Assembly: GCA_963843145.1 (NCBI GenBank)
Contig: CAWJJC010000013.1
Coordinates: 1 to 64,000, forward strand
Origin: an uncultured delta proteobacterium
GTDB taxonomy: Bacteria > Desulfobacterota > RBG-13-43-22
Reading direction: 5' to 3'
Length of the DNA stretch: 64,000 bases
The notes beneath the pieces are model-generated. The model did not search any database and was not told where the DNA came from. It was given only the letters and a program-made list of their open reading frames with translations. Both the position numbers and the translations under genes were made by a program. Shown here piece by piece: positions 61,792 to 64,000 of the stretch; the stretch's first letter is position 1, and each line of letters begins with the position of its first letter.

Positions 61792-63535
61792 TTAGGCTAT
61801 TTCTTGCCCTGTCCCCATCTTCTCCGGCCAGATCGCCTGCACGACCGTCCCTTTGCCGGGCGAGGATTCGATGGAGAAGGTCCCTCCCGACAACTCGGTC
61901 CGCTCCCGCATGCTGGCCAAGCCAAGCCCGCGATCAGTGGCCTCTTTAGTCAGGGCCTTTTCGATCTCGAACCCTTGACCATCGTCCCGAATGACCAGCC
62001 CCAGTGCCCCTCCGGTATTCCGCAGGGAAAGCAGCATCCGATCCGCTCCGCTGTACTTGGCGATATTGTTTAAGGCCTCCTGGGTAATCCGGAAAATCAC
62101 CGTCTTCAGGGCCGCTGGAATCGCCTGCTCTTCGACCTCGAATTGTGTTTCGACCGTCAGGCCGGGAGTCCTTTTCTTGAATTCCCGGATCAGCCAGTTA
62201 AAGGTGGCCAGCAGGCCGAGGTCATCCAGCAGGGAAGGCCTGAGGGCCATCTGGATTCTCCGGCACTCCTCAATGGCCCTCTGCAGGAGGGAGACCGTCT
62301 CCCCCAGGTCTTTGCCCCTTTGGGCGGCCTCAACCTGGTACTTGATGGCGCTCAGCAATCCCCCGATCCCGTCATGAAGATCGATGGCGATCCTCCTTCT
62401 TTCCTCTTCCTGGGTCGACAGGAGGCGCGAGGACAGGAAACGAACTTCCGCTGTCCGCTCCTGGACCCTTCGTTCCAGCTCATCATTGGCCCTACGCAAA
62501 GCCTCCGCCGCGCCGGCCCGCTCCCGGTAATAGCGGAAGCGCTGCTGCCGCCAAATCAGGGCCACCCCGGCCCCCGCGCCGACGATCAGGGCGCCCACGA
62601 TCAGGATGATCAGCCACAGGGTTTCCCGCATGGGGCCGTACACTTCCGCCTCATCCATCCGGGCCACCAGATACCAAGGCGAATCGGGAATCGAGCGCAC
62701 CGCGGCCAACACCGGGACGCCCCGGTAATCGCGCCCCTCGACTATCCCTTTCCCACCCCGGATCGCCTTCACCGCGGGAACATCCTGACTTCCCAAGGGG
62801 ATACGGAGCGTCAGGGCGGTATTTTTACGAAACTTGAGCTCATTCAGAAATAAGGCGTCCTTCCCTTCCCGACGGACAAGCAGTGTTTCGGCGGTCTCAC
62901 TGGGTTCCGGCCAGCGTTGCAGGAAGGGATAGAGATAGACCTCCGGGTCGATCCTCAGGAAAAGCACCCCCAAAGGCCGGTCCCCGCCCCGATCATCCGG
63001 AATCGGGACGAGCAAGGCCAGAGAGATCTTCCGGGAGTGCTCCTGTCGGTAAAAATCCACGAAGGTGATTTGCCCGGATTGCAGTGTTTCCGCGACTTTA
63101 TCTTTTTATCGCCGAAGGGAGAGGCTCATCAATATCAGGAACCGACAACCGCACAACGCCTTGGGAATCGAGCAACCGTACCCGGTCATAATCATACCCC
63201 TCCTGGATCAGCTCCATCCAAGTCCGGAGGTTTTTCTCCAGGGTCGGATCCCGGGGATGGGCGAAGAAATCCCGCATCATGACGGCAAAGACGGGATTAC
63301 GAAAAAAGACCACGGCATCCCTCAAACGCTCGGTCTTCCAGTTGACTATCTCGCCGGCTTTCAAGTCGGCGATGGCGGCCAGTTTATGTTCCATCTCCAT
63401 TTTGAAATGTTTTTCCTTGCTCTGATAATTAAAGAACCCGGCCAGGACGACGCCGGCGGCCAGGATGACGAAAATCAACCAAAGAAATCGGACGGGGCGT
63501 TTATCCTCCAAGTCCTGAAGGCTATCCATGGACAT
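61792..63535 (-). CDS. Membrane sensor kinase (Cache-like periplasmic domain, HisKA_3), frameshifted near 63105
   Basis: TM1 in the 63098-63616 ORF; TM2, EEERRRIAIDLHD, QEALNN, DDGQGF, GLGL in the 61792-63060 ORF; extra A in a run. Confidence 0.85.
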
Positions 63536-63743
63536 ACCCCCCGACCTCGGACAAACGGATTTTACCGCGAACGAACAACCCATTCCCCCGGCCGATCTCT
63601 CTTCCCTGGTCGTCAAAAACCACCGAGTCGGCTAAAATTTGTGCGTATTCCCGGGAGATAGCTATTTTCGGTTTATAGAAAGCGTTTATCGGGGCGGCTA
63701 AATACATTTTTTCCAGCGATCGGTAATGGGATTCACGGTCCAT
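63522..63743 (-). pseudogene. PaaI-type thioesterase with an internal deletion
   Basis: HYRSLEKMYLAAPIN start and DDQGREIGRGNGLF end joined, with no central hotdog helix. Confidence 0.55.
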
Positions 63744-63974
63744 GCCAGACCTCCATTTCGGTGCGGTTGTTTACCTTTTGTACCATGAGAAAAGGCTTTC
63801 TTCAAGTGGTGGATTTAGGGGAGTTCCCCCTTACGGCTACGACCTGCCCCTTTTTCCTGCTTGACATTTAAACCTGATTTATTATAAGAATTTAACCCCT
63901 TGAAAGACCACTGCCGGGGTAGGGGAAGGCTTTAGCCTCCCCTCTCAAGATTATCATTGGAGAGGATCGGGGAA

Positions 63975-64000
63975 ATGAATATTATTGTTGCCGGGTCACT
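63975..64000 (+). CDS. 5' end of a gene, possibly a PfkB-family carbohydrate kinase
   Basis: RBS ggagagg then MNIIVAGS; truncated by the window edge. Confidence 0.35.

Overview
GC-rich bacterial chromosome segment from an anaerobe. The lldG/lldH-type lactate genes, NIR/SIR ferredoxin protein, B12 mutase operon and HDOD protein suggest Desulfobacterota ('deltaproteobacterial'); this is inference only. Metabolic and housekeeping genes include an acyl-CoA mutase operon with isobutyryl-CoA-mutase-type residues, trxB, a dcyD/cuyA-racemase-MFS operon, dacA, nudC, a TetR-RND efflux operon, mutS2, an acyl-CoA ligase, perR-katG and sensor kinases. They are interleaved with accessory DNA: many intact or broken toxin-antitoxin modules, gene stumps, a duplicated ogt module, REP-like palindromes and an attC-like site. 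The best candidate for an undescribed system is a stand-alone 1409-aa protein with an N-terminal RelE-like RNase, an SF1 helicase and a long TPR array (TRANK1-like), at 28461-32690. Other candidates are a divergent AT-rich Tag/HhH glycosylase, a broken ABC-ATPase + DUF4276 pair, and a C12orf65-like release factor co-oriented with MutS2. Many single-base frameshifts, several in homopolymers, suggest assembly errors. No CRISPR array, tRNA, rRNA, integrase or transposase was recognised. All family calls come from reading motifs by eye; no searches were run.
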